A stretch of 64,000 nt of DNA, from NCBI GenBank assembly GCA_030656145.1, contig JAUSOF010000093.1, positions 93,468 through 157,467 of the forward strand. Direction: 5' to 3'. The translations under genes and the position numbers were made by a program. The DNA is from Pseudomonas sp. (GTDB lineage Bacteria; Pseudomonadota; Gammaproteobacteria; Pseudomonadales; Pseudomonadaceae). Positions 53,069 to 61,740 of the stretch are shown here, piece after piece. The notes beneath the pieces were generated by a model. It did no database searches and had not been told where the DNA came from. It saw only the letters and a list, made by a program, of their open reading frames with translations. Numbering within the stretch: the stretch's first letter is position 1; the number at the start of each line of letters is the position of its first letter.

Positions 53069-54043
53069 ATGTCCCCTATTAATAAGCAGACCATTGAACT
53101 GAACGCCGAGGTGCCCACTGATATGGGCGGTCAACGCCTCGACCAAGTCGCCGCCCAGCTATTCGCCGAGCACTCGCGTTCGCGCCTGACTGCCTGGATC
53201 AAAGACGGGCTGCTGACTGTCGATGGTGCCGTGGTTCGCCCGCGTGACATCGTGCATGGCGGGTCGTTACTGGCGCTGCGCGCCGAGCAGGAGGCCCAGG
53301 GCGAGTGGGTTGCCCAGGACATCCCTCTGGACATCGTCTATGAAGATGACCACATGTTGGTGATCAACAAGCCTGCGGGGCTGGTGGTGCACCCGGCCGT
53401 AGGGCACGCCGATGGCACCCTGCTCAACGCCCTGCTGTATCACATACCGGATATCGTCAATGTGCCGCGCTGCGGCATCGTCCATCGCCTGGACAAAGAC
53501 ACCACCGGGCTGATGGTGGTGGCCAAGACCATCGAAGCGCAGACGCGCCTGGTCGATCAGCTGCAAAAGCGCACGGTCAGCCGGATCTACGAGTGCATCG
53601 TGATTGGCGTGATCACCGCTGGCGGCAAGATCGACGCGCCCATTGGGCGCAGTGCAGCGCAACGCCAGCGCATGGCGGTCAGCGATGGCGGCAAGCCGGC
53701 AGTCAGCCACTATCGGGTGCTGGAGCGCTTCCGCTCGCATACCCACTCGCGGGTCAAGCTGGAAACCGGGCGTACTCACCAGATCCGCGTACACATGAGT
53801 CATGTTGGCTATCCGCTGGTCGGTGACCCGGTCTACGGCGGGCGTTTCCGCATCCCGCCTGCAGCCAGTCAGACCATGGTGCAGACCCTCAAGGAGTTCC
53901 CGCGTCAGGCGCTGCATGCACGCTTCCTTGAGCTGGATCATCCTGTTACCGGGCAACGGATGAAGTGGCAGTCACCGCTGCCGGATGACTTTGTGTGGCT
54001 GTTGACGCTGCTGCGTCAGGATCGCGAGGCGTTTATCGGGTGA
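53069..54043 (+). CDS. rluD: 23S rRNA pseudouridine synthase D
   Basis: S4 domain RLDQVAAQLF, GIVHRLDKDTTG, ETGRTHQIRVH. Confidence 0.97.
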   Translation: MSPINKQTIELNAEVPTDMGGQRLDQVAAQLFAEHSRSRLTAWIKDGLLTVDGAVVRPRDIVHGGSLLALRAEQEAQGEWVAQDIPLDIVYEDDHMLVINKPAGLVVHPAVGHADGTLLNALLYHIPDIVNVPRCGIVHRLDKDTTGLMVVAKTIEAQTRLVDQLQKRTVSRIYECIVIGVITAGGKIDAPIGRSAAQRQRMAVSDGGKPAVSHYRVLERFRSHTHSRVKLETGRTHQIRVHMSHVGYPLVGDPVYGGRFRIPPAASQTMVQTLKEFPRQALHARFLELDHPVTGQRMKWQSPLPDDFVWLLTLLRQDREAFIG

Positions 54044-54780
54044 TGTCCCAGGCTGCTCATGACTGGCTGACGCCAGATTGGCCGGCACCCGCCTGGGTCA
54101 GGGCCTGTATTACGACGCGCAGCGGCGGCCTCAGTGCCGCGCCCTTCGACAGCTTCAACCTCGGTGAGCATGTCGAGGATGATCCTGTGGCCGTGGCCAA
54201 GAACCGCCAGCGCCTGATCAGTCAGTTGGGCTGCAAGCCGGCCTGGTTACGTCAGGTGCACGGCGTTAGCGTCGTGTCTGCCGAACCGGGCGACGTCGCC
54301 GAAGCCGACGCCAGCTGGACTGCCACGCCGAATGTGGCCTGTACCGTGATGACTGCCGATTGCCTGCCGGTGCTGTTTTGCGACCGTGCCGGCAGTCGTG
54401 TCGCCGCGGCCCATGCGGGCTGGCGCGGGCTGGCTGGCGGTGTGCTGGAGGCAACCCTGGATGCGTTGGCCGCAGTGCCAGAGGACGTGTTGGTCTGGCT
54501 TGGGCCGGCGATTGGCCCGCAAGCCTTTGAAGTCGGCGCCGAGGTGCGTGACGCCTTCATGGCCGCGCATCCTCAGGCTGGCGAAGCCTTTGTTGCCAGC
54601 GTCAATCCGCATCGTTTTATGGCTGATATTTATCAGCTGGCGCGGATCCGCCTGGCGGCGCGCGGCGTTACGGCGGTGTACGGTGGCGGTTTCTGCACCT
54701 ATAGCGATTCGCGCTTTTATTCCTACCGTCGCGCCGCCCAGACCGGTCGCTTCGCCTCATTGATCTGGCTGGCCAGATAA
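54043..54780 (+). CDS. pgeF: Peptidoglycan editing factor / purine nucleoside phosphorylase YfiH
   Basis: WLRQVHG, VMTADCLPVLF, AAAHAGWRGLAGG, FYSYRR. Confidence 0.95.
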   Translation: MSQAAHDWLTPDWPAPAWVRACITTRSGGLSAAPFDSFNLGEHVEDDPVAVAKNRQRLISQLGCKPAWLRQVHGVSVVSAEPGDVAEADASWTATPNVACTVMTADCLPVLFCDRAGSRVAAAHAGWRGLAGGVLEATLDALAAVPEDVLVWLGPAIGPQAFEVGAEVRDAFMAAHPQAGEAFVASVNPHRFMADIYQLARIRLAARGVTAVYGGGFCTYSDSRFYSYRRAAQTGRFASLIWLAR

Positions 54781-55034
54781 GCCTGTAGATAGGCGCGGCG
54801 CAAAGCTGGCCGGCTGTCGCTGAGTGGGTGGCGGCCCGGCCGGCCCACGATCTCGGGCAATCCGCCGATTCGGGGTAATCCACAATCCCGGTATGGTCTG
54901 GCTGCCGCACCGCTGATTGTTGCCAACCAGCCAGCACAATAGCCGCTGTGCTGGCGCGACTTCCTTGGCTAAACTGCCAGGCTTTCCAATAAACTGCTTT
55001 CAATCACCTGCCTTTCCGACAAGAAGAGAGCGTT

Positions 55035-55271
55035 ATGGGCCTGTTCCGCCTGCTGGTCTTGATAGCTATTTTCGCTGCTGCCTTCTGGCTTTGGCGGCGC
55101 TTTACCCGTCCTGTTCGGCGTTCCGAGCAGAACCGGGGAAGCCCGGCGCCGATGGAGCGTTGCGCCCATTGTGGGGTGTATCTGCCTCGCGAAGAGGCGC
55201 TGAGCAAGGCTGGCGACTGGTACTGCAGCCAGGCCCATCTCGAGCAAGGCCCCAAACCTGGTGAGCATTGA
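55035..55271 (+). CDS. Small membrane-anchored Zn-finger-like protein (PP0621 family)
   Basis: MGLFRLLVLIAI..WLWRR, MERCAHCGVYLP...WYCSQAH. Confidence 0.85.
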   Translation: MGLFRLLVLIAIFAAAFWLWRRFTRPVRRSEQNRGSPAPMERCAHCGVYLPREEALSKAGDWYCSQAHLEQGPKPGEH

Positions 55272-56853
55272 AGCGCTAGCGCTCAGCGGCACCCAGGGCC
55301 GCCGCGTACTGCGGCTCTATCATCTTTACCGCCTGACCATCGGTGTGCTGCTGGTGTTGCTGATTTCCAGCGACATGGATGCTCAGTTGCTGAAACTGGC
55401 CCACGCCGAGCTGTTTCGCTATGGCAGCTGGTTTTACCTGATTCTGAATATCCTGGTGGCCGTGTTGGTGCGGCGGCCCGCGCACCTGGCGCAGATCTTC
55501 AGCCTGGCTCTGGTCGATGTGATTCTGCTGTCCGCGCTGTTCTATGCGGCTGGCGGCACGCCCAGCGGGATCGGCAACCTGCTGATCGTTGCCGTGGCTA
55601 TCTCCAACATCCTGCTGCGCGGACGGATCGGCCTGTTGATTGCAGCCGTCGCCGCCATCGGTTTGATTTACCTGACCTTCTACCTCAGCCTCAGTCGCCC
55701 GGAAGCCAGCGCTCAATATGTGCAGGCCGGAGCACTCGGCGCCCTGTGCTTTGCCGTGGCTCTGCTTCTGCAGGGCCTGACCCGGCGCCTGCAAGCCAGC
55801 GAAAGCCTGGCTGAACAGCGCGCGGCGGACGTGGCCAGCCTGGAAACCCTGAATGCTCTGATCCTGCAGCGTATGCGTACCGGCATCCTGGTGCTCGACG
55901 AGCAGCATCGGGTGCTACTGGCCAACCAGGGCGCGCTGCATCTGCTCGGTCGCGACGCCTTGGCCGGCAAAATTCTTGACCCGCACTGCCCGGAACTGGT
56001 CAAGCGCCTGCAGCAATGGCGGCACAATCCGACCCTGCGCCCCTCGAGCCTGCAGGCCTTTGCCGATGGCGTGGTGTTGCAGCCGAGTTTCATCGCCCTG
56101 CAGCGCAGCGGCGAGCGTCACACTCTGGTGTTTCTCGACGATATTTCGCAGATTGCCCAGCAAGCCCAGCAGCTCAAACTCGCCTCCCTTGGCCGTCTGA
56201 CCGCGGGCATCGCCCATGAGATCCGCAACCCGCTGGGTGCGATCAGCCATGCGGCGCAGCTGCTGCAGGAGTCGGAAGACCTGCATGGCCCCGATCAGCG
56301 CCTGGCGCAGATCATTCAGGATCACTCGCGGCGCATGAACCTGGTGATCGAGAACGTTCTGCAGCTGTCGCGTCGGCGCCAGGCCGAACCGCAACTGCTG
56401 GATTTGAAATACTGGCTGCACCGCTTCGCCAGCGAGTTCCGCAGCTCGGCGGCGCCTGGGCAGACGCTGCATCTGGAAACCAAGAGCGGCACCGTGCAAA
56501 CCCGCATGGACCCTCACCAGCTGACCCAGGTGCTGACCAATCTGGTGCAGAACGGCCTGCGCTACAGCGCGCAGAACAATCCGCAAGGGCAGGTCTGGCT
56601 GCGACTGTTCCGCGACGAGAGCAGCGATCTGCCGGTGCTGGAAGTGCTCGACGACGGTCCAGGCGTATCGCCCGAGCAACTGCAGCACATCTTCGAGCCA
56701 TTCTTCACCACGGAAAACAAAGGCACCGGCCTGGGCCTGTATATTTCCCGCGAGCTGTGCGAAAGCAACCAGGCGCGACTCGACTACAAACCGCGCGAAG
56801 GTGGTGGCAGCTGCTTTCGTATCACCTTCGCCCATCCACGCAAACTGAGCTGA
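55261..56853 (+). CDS. pilS: Sensor histidine kinase PilS
   Basis: LRLYHLYRL, multi-TM N-terminus, LTAGIAHEIRNPLGAISHAAQLL, GTGLGLYISRELCESN. Confidence 0.95.
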   Translation: MSIEALALSGTQGRRVLRLYHLYRLTIGVLLVLLISSDMDAQLLKLAHAELFRYGSWFYLILNILVAVLVRRPAHLAQIFSLALVDVILLSALFYAAGGTPSGIGNLLIVAVAISNILLRGRIGLLIAAVAAIGLIYLTFYLSLSRPEASAQYVQAGALGALCFAVALLLQGLTRRLQASESLAEQRAADVASLETLNALILQRMRTGILVLDEQHRVLLANQGALHLLGRDALAGKILDPHCPELVKRLQQWRHNPTLRPSSLQAFADGVVLQPSFIALQRSGERHTLVFLDDISQIAQQAQQLKLASLGRLTAGIAHEIRNPLGAISHAAQLLQESEDLHGPDQRLAQIIQDHSRRMNLVIENVLQLSRRRQAEPQLLDLKYWLHRFASEFRSSAAPGQTLHLETKSGTVQTRMDPHQLTQVLTNLVQNGLRYSAQNNPQGQVWLRLFRDESSDLPVLEVLDDGPGVSPEQLQHIFEPFFTTENKGTGLGLYISRELCESNQARLDYKPREGGGSCFRITFAHPRKLS

Positions 56854-56855
56854 CC

Positions 56856-58193
56856 ATGACCCGCCAGAGAGCCCTGATCGTCGACGATGAACCCGATATC
56901 CGCGAACTCCTGGAAATTACCCTGGGTCGTATGAAGCTCGACACCCGCAGCGCGCGCAACGTCAAGGAAGCGCGCGAGTGGCTGGCCAAGGAGCCGTTCG
57001 ACCTGTGCCTGACCGATATGCGCCTGCCCGACGGCACCGGCCTGGATCTGGTGCAGCACATCCTGCAGCGTCATCCCCAGGTGCCGGTCGCGATGATCAC
57101 CGCGTATGGCAGCCTGGACACCGCGATTAATGCGCTGAAAGCCGGCGCCTTCGACTTCCTGACCAAGCCGGTCGATCTCGCCCGCCTGCGCGAGCTGGTC
57201 GCCACCGCCCTGCGCCTGCGCTCGCCGGACAGCCAGGAGCTGCCGGTCGACAGCCGCCTGCTTGGTGAGTCGCCGCCAATGAAGGCGCTGCGCAAGCAAA
57301 TTCTCAAACTCGCGCGCAGCCAGGCGCCGGTGTATATCAGTGGCGAATCAGGCAGCGGCAAGGAGTTGGTCGCGCGCCTGATCCACGAGCAGGGCGGTCG
57401 TGGCGAGCAACCCTTCGTGCCGGTGAACTGCGGCGCGATCCCGTCGGAGCTGATGGAAAGCGAGTTCTTCGGCCACAAGAAGGGCAGTTTTACCGGCGCC
57501 ATCGAAGACAAGCAGGGTCTGTTCCAGGCCGCCAATGGCGGCACCCTGTTCCTCGACGAAGTCGCCGACTTGCCCTTGCCGATGCAGGTCAAACTGCTGC
57601 GCTCGATTCAGGAGAAAGCCGTGCGCGCGGTCGGCGGCCAGCAGGAGTTAGTGGTCGATGTGCGCATTCTCTGCGCCACCCACAAAGACCTGGCTGGCGA
57701 AGTCGCCGCCGGGCGCTTCCGCCAGGATTTGTACTACCGCTTGAACGTCATCGAGCTGCGCGTGCCACCGCTGCGCGAGCGCCGCGAAGACATCGCCCAC
57801 CTGACCGAGGTGATGCTCAAGCGCCTGGCCGAAGGCCCCGGCTTGAGCCCGGCAAGGCTCGACAGCGACGCGCTGGACAAGCTCAAAAGCTATCGCTTCC
57901 CCGGCAACGTGCGCGAGCTGGAGAACATGCTCGAACGCGCTTACACCCTCTGCGAAGACGACCGTATCACTGCTGGCGACCTGCGCCTGGCCGATGCCTG
58001 TGGTGCCGGCGAAAACGGCGACGCCAGCCTGGCGCAGATCGACAACCTGGAAGATCACCTGGAAGACGTCGAGCGCAAGCTGATCATGCAAGCCCTCGAA
58101 GAAACCCGCTGGAACCGCACCGCCGCCGCCCAGCGCCTGGGCCTGAGCTTCCGCTCGATGCGCTACCGACTGAAGAAGCTGGGGATTGACTGA
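56856..58193 (+). CDS. pilR: Sigma54-dependent response regulator PilR
   Basis: ALIVDDEPDIRELL, GESGSGKE, GSFTGA, RFRQDLYYRLNV, HTH RWNRTAAAQRLGLSFRSMRYRL. Confidence 0.95.
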   Translation: MTRQRALIVDDEPDIRELLEITLGRMKLDTRSARNVKEAREWLAKEPFDLCLTDMRLPDGTGLDLVQHILQRHPQVPVAMITAYGSLDTAINALKAGAFDFLTKPVDLARLRELVATALRLRSPDSQELPVDSRLLGESPPMKALRKQILKLARSQAPVYISGESGSGKELVARLIHEQGGRGEQPFVPVNCGAIPSELMESEFFGHKKGSFTGAIEDKQGLFQAANGGTLFLDEVADLPLPMQVKLLRSIQEKAVRAVGGQQELVVDVRILCATHKDLAGEVAAGRFRQDLYYRLNVIELRVPPLRERREDIAHLTEVMLKRLAEGPGLSPARLDSDALDKLKSYRFPGNVRELENMLERAYTLCEDDRITAGDLRLADACGAGENGDASLAQIDNLEDHLEDVERKLIMQALEETRWNRTAAAQRLGLSFRSMRYRLKKLGID

Positions 58194-58250
58194 GCGCGCA
58201 ATAAACGCTGCGCCGTAACCCATCATGGGCGCAACGCAGGTCTGGCGCCC

Positions 58251-58281
58251 GATGGGTATCGCTGCGCTCAATACATCCTAC
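58251..58281. repeat. Single REP arm, same family as 51387-51632
   Basis: GATGGGTATCGCTGCGCTCAATACATCCTAC, preceded by a truncated ACCCATC. Confidence 0.75.
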
Positions 58282-58360
58282 GAGCCTCGACCTGCACGGC
58301 CCGGCCATCCAGCTAAACCGCGTTGCGCCGCCGGGTATGACTCAGATCAACATCGCCGCG

Positions 58361-58389
58361 CTTGAAACTCGCACAATCGTCCTCATCTA
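58361..58389 (+). promoter_or_regulatory. Sigma32 (RpoH) heat-shock promoter of clpB
   Basis: CTTGAA-N14-CCTCATCTA versus consensus CTTGAA-N13-17-CCCCAT. Confidence 0.7.
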
Positions 58390-58462
58390 CTCTTCATCTC
58401 GCAGGCTTTCAGTACAGGGGTGTTCATCGCGCCGGCCTGCTTTTAATAGGAAGGATGACGCA

Positions 58463-61027
58463 ATGCGAATCGACCGTTTAACCAGCAAGCTGCAACTTGC
58501 ACTCTCTGACGCCCAATCCCTGGCCGTCGGTCTCGATCATGCCGCTATCGAGCCACTGCACCTGATGCAGTCGCTGCTCGACCAGCAGGGCGGTTCGATC
58601 AAGCCACTGCTGATGCAGGTCGGCTTCGACGTAGGCAGCCTGCGCCAGGCGTTGAGCAAAGAACTCGATCAGCTGGGCAAGATCCAGAACCCGACCGGCG
58701 ACGTTAACCTGTCCCAGGATCTGGCGCGCCTGCTCAATCAGGCCGACCGCTTGTCGCAGCAGAAGGGTGACCAGTTCATCTCCAGCGAACTGGTGCTGCT
58801 CGCCGCGCTGGACGAAGGCACCCGCCTGGGCAAATTGCTGCTCGCCCAGGGTGTGAGCAAGAAAGCCCTGGAAAACGCCATCAGCAACCTGCGCGGTGGC
58901 GACGCGGTGAACGACCCGAATGCCGAGGAGTCGCGTCAGGCCCTGGATAAATACACCATCGACCTGACCAAGCGCGCTGAAGAAGGCAAGCTGGACCCGG
59001 TAATCGGCCGTGACGACGAAATCCGCCGCACCATCCAGGTGTTGCAGCGCCGCACCAAGAACAACCCGGTGCTGATCGGCGAGCCGGGCGTGGGCAAGAC
59101 CGCGATTGTCGAAGGCCTGGCCCAGCGCATCGTCAACGGCGAGGTGCCGGATGGCCTGAAGGACAAGCGCGTGCTGTCGCTGGATATGGGCTCGCTGATC
59201 GCCGGGGCCAAGTTCCGTGGTGAGTTCGAGGAGCGCCTGAAGGCGGTGCTCAACGAGCTGGGCAAGCAGGAAGGGCGGATCATCCTGTTTATCGACGAAA
59301 TCCACACCATGGTTGGCGCCGGCAAGGCCGAAGGCTCCATGGACGCCGGCAATATGCTCAAGCCGGCCCTGGCGCGCGGCGAGCTGCATTGCGTCGGCGC
59401 TACCACCCTGGACGAGTACCGCCAGTACATCGAGAAGGACGCCGCCCTGGAACGGCGCTTCCAGAAGGTGCTGGTCGATGAGCCGAGCGAGGAAGACACC
59501 ATCGCCATCCTGCGTGGCCTCAAGGAGCGCTACGAGGTGCACCACAAGGTGGCGATCACCGACGGCGCGATCATCGCCGCGGCCAAGCTCAGCCATCGCT
59601 ACATCACCGACCGTCAGCTGCCGGACAAGGCCATCGACCTGATCGACGAGGCGGCCAGCCGCATCCGCATGGAAATCGACTCCAAGCCGGAAGTGCTCGA
59701 CCGTCTGGAACGCCGGCTGATCCAGCTCAAGGTCGAGGCCCAGGCGCTGAAGAAGGAGGACGACGAGGCGGCGATCAAGCGTCTGGAAAAACTCAAGGAA
59801 GACATCGCCCGACTGGAGCGTGAGTACGCCGATCTGGAAGACATCTGGAAGGCGGAAAAAGCCGAGGTACAAGGCTCGGCGCAGATCCAGCAGAAAATCG
59901 AGCAGTCGCGCCAGGAGCTGGAAACGGCGCGGCGCAAGGGTGATCTGAGCCGCATGGCCGAACTGCAGTACGGCATCATTCCGGATCTGGAGCGCAGCCT
60001 GCAGATGGTCGACCAGCACGGCAAGACCGAGAATCAGCTGCTGCGCAGCAAGGTCACCGAGGAAGAAATTGCCGAAGTGGTGTCCAAGTGGACCGGCATC
60101 CCGGTATCCAAGATGCTCGAAGGCGAGCGCGACAAGCTGCTGAAGATGGAAGGCCTGTTGCACCAGCGGGTGATCGGCCAGAACGAAGCGGTGGTTGCCG
60201 TGGCCAGTGCGGTACGGCGTTCGCGCGCCGGGTTGTCCGACCCGAACCGGCCGAGCGGCTCCTTCCTCTTTCTCGGCCCGACCGGGGTGGGTAAGACCGA
60301 GCTGTGCAAGGCCCTGGCCGAGTTCCTCTTCGACACCGAGGAGGCGCTGGTGCGCATCGACATGTCCGAGTTCATGGAGAAGCATTCTGTGTCGCGGCTG
60401 ATCGGCGCACCGCCCGGCTATGTCGGCTACGAGGAGGGCGGTTACCTGACCGAGGCGGTACGCCGCAAACCCTACTCGGTGATCCTGATGGACGAGGTGG
60501 AGAAGGCGCACCCGGATGTGTTCAACATTCTTCTGCAGGTCATGGAAGACGGCCGCCTGACCGACAGTCACGGGCGCACCGTTGACTTCAAGAACACTGT
60601 GATCGTGATGACCTCCAACCTTGGCTCCGCGCAGATCCAGGAGCTGGTCGGTGATCGCGAGGCGCAACGCGCAGCGGTGATGGATGCGGTGAGTACGCAC
60701 TTCCGCCCGGAATTTATCAACCGTATCGATGAGGTGGTGATCTTCGAGCCCCTGGCCCGCGAGCAGATCGCCGGCATCGCGCTGATCCAGCTGAACCGTT
60801 TGCGTCAGCGCCTGGCCGAGCGCGAGCTGAGCCTGGAGCTGAGCGACGAGGCTTTGGACAAGCTGGTCGCCATCGGCTACGACCCGGTCTATGGCGCACG
60901 GCCGCTGAAGCGGGCGATCCAGCGCTGGATCGAAAACCCGCTGGCGCAGTTGATCCTCACCGGCAAGTTCGGCCCGGGCAGCACCGTTACCGGCACGGTC
61001 GAAAACGACGAAATCGTTTTCGTCTAA
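58463..61027 (+). CDS. clpB: Chaperone ClpB
   Basis: [19 protein letters not shown], coiled-coil middle domain, [24 protein letters not shown]. Confidence 0.99.
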   Translation: MRIDRLTSKLQLALSDAQSLAVGLDHAAIEPLHLMQSLLDQQGGSIKPLLMQVGFDVGSLRQALSKELDQLGKIQNPTGDVNLSQDLARLLNQADRLSQQKGDQFISSELVLLAALDEGTRLGKLLLAQGVSKKALENAISNLRGGDAVNDPNAEESRQALDKYTIDLTKRAEEGKLDPVIGRDDEIRRTIQVLQRRTKNNPVLIGEPGVGKTAIVEGLAQRIVNGEVPDGLKDKRVLSLDMGSLIAGAKFRGEFEERLKAVLNELGKQEGRIILFIDEIHTMVGAGKAEGSMDAGNMLKPALARGELHCVGATTLDEYRQYIEKDAALERRFQKVLVDEPSEEDTIAILRGLKERYEVHHKVAITDGAIIAAAKLSHRYITDRQLPDKAIDLIDEAASRIRMEIDSKPEVLDRLERRLIQLKVEAQALKKEDDEAAIKRLEKLKEDIARLEREYADLEDIWKAEKAEVQGSAQIQQKIEQSRQELETARRKGDLSRMAELQYGIIPDLERSLQMVDQHGKTENQLLRSKVTEEEIAEVVSKWTGIPVSKMLEGERDKLLKMEGLLHQRVIGQNEAVVAVASAVRRSRAGLSDPNRPSGSFLFLGPTGVGKTELCKALAEFLFDTEEALVRIDMSEFMEKHSVSRLIGAPPGYVGYEEGGYLTEAVRRKPYSVILMDEVEKAHPDVFNILLQVMEDGRLTDSHGRTVDFKNTVIVMTSNLGSAQIQELVGDREAQRAAVMDAVSTHFRPEFINRIDEVVIFEPLAREQIAGIALIQLNRLRQRLAERELSLELSDEALDKLVAIGYDPVYGARPLKRAIQRWIENPLAQLILTGKFGPGSTVTGTVENDEIVFV

Positions 61028-61043
61028 ACACCGCTGCACTGAC

Positions 61044-61081
61044 AACGCCCCGCCACGGTTAGCACCGTGCGGGGCGTTTTT
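61044..61081 (+). terminator. clpB terminator
   Basis: AACGCCCCGCCACGGTTAGCACCGTGCGGGGCGTTTTT. Confidence 0.8.
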
Positions 61082-61188
61082 CATGTTTTTGCGGCGGTCT
61101 GGATTTCAGTGGGGCGTGTCGGGCGGCGCTCCTGCGCCGATACCGCGCGCCCCTGCGGGTCGCGGTAGTTCCTGATGATCCTGCGTCA

Positions 61189-61303
61189 TTCGCGGCCAAG
61201 GCCCCTCCCACAATGGCACCAGCGCACCGCAGCTTATTCATTCGCGACCAGGCCCGCCCTCACAAGAGCACCACCGCCCTGTAGGAGGGGCCTTGGCCGC
61301 GAA
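61189..61303. repeat. REP arms, GTAGGAG/GTGGGAG family
   Basis: TTCGCGGCCAAGGCCCCTCCCACA and the inverted GTAGGAGGGGCCTTGGCCGCGAA. Confidence 0.7.
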
Positions 61304-61390
61304 CCGTGGTTCAAAACTCGAAAACCGCGCGAGACGCAAAGAAATACGCCCGCACAAGGCGACAGTTTTTTCATGCCGTGACGCCAGTGT

Positions 61391-61723
61391 TTAAAGATGC
61401 TCGAGCAGCACATCCAGCGCGGTGGCCTGGTCGGGTTCCAGTTCGATGATATGAAAGCCGGCCCAGCAGTGTTGGCCGTCGGCGCCGGGGCGGCTCCATA
61501 GGCAGTCGGCGTGCAGCTGGATCTCACCGACCCCGTCGATCACCTGCTCGCTGACCAGGCGGCATTCGACTACGGTGTTCGCGCGGTGCGGCTTGTCGCT
61601 GAATAGCATGAAGCCATCGGCAGAAAGGTCTGCCACGCGGCCGAGGCGCTGCCCGGTATGCAGGTCGAAGACTTCCAGATGCAGCTCGGTGCTATGACGA
61701 CTGCGCTGACGACGATCATCCAT
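61391..61723 (-). CDS. Single-domain PilZ protein
   Basis: RQRSR (RxxxR) and DLSADG (DxSxxG) c-di-GMP motifs. Confidence 0.88.
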   Translation of the reverse strand: MDDRRQRSRHSTELHLEVFDLHTGQRLGRVADLSADGFMLFSDKPHRANTVVECRLVSEQVIDGVGEIQLHADCLWSRPGADGQHCWAGFHIIELEPDQATALDVLLEHL

Positions 61724-61740
61724 GGAGGCTCCTTGGCGGG

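Noticed and set aside
61028-61390. tRNA cluster expected after clpB in some pseudomonads
   Set aside because: No cloverleaf or TTCGAA/CCA pattern found; only a terminator and REP arms
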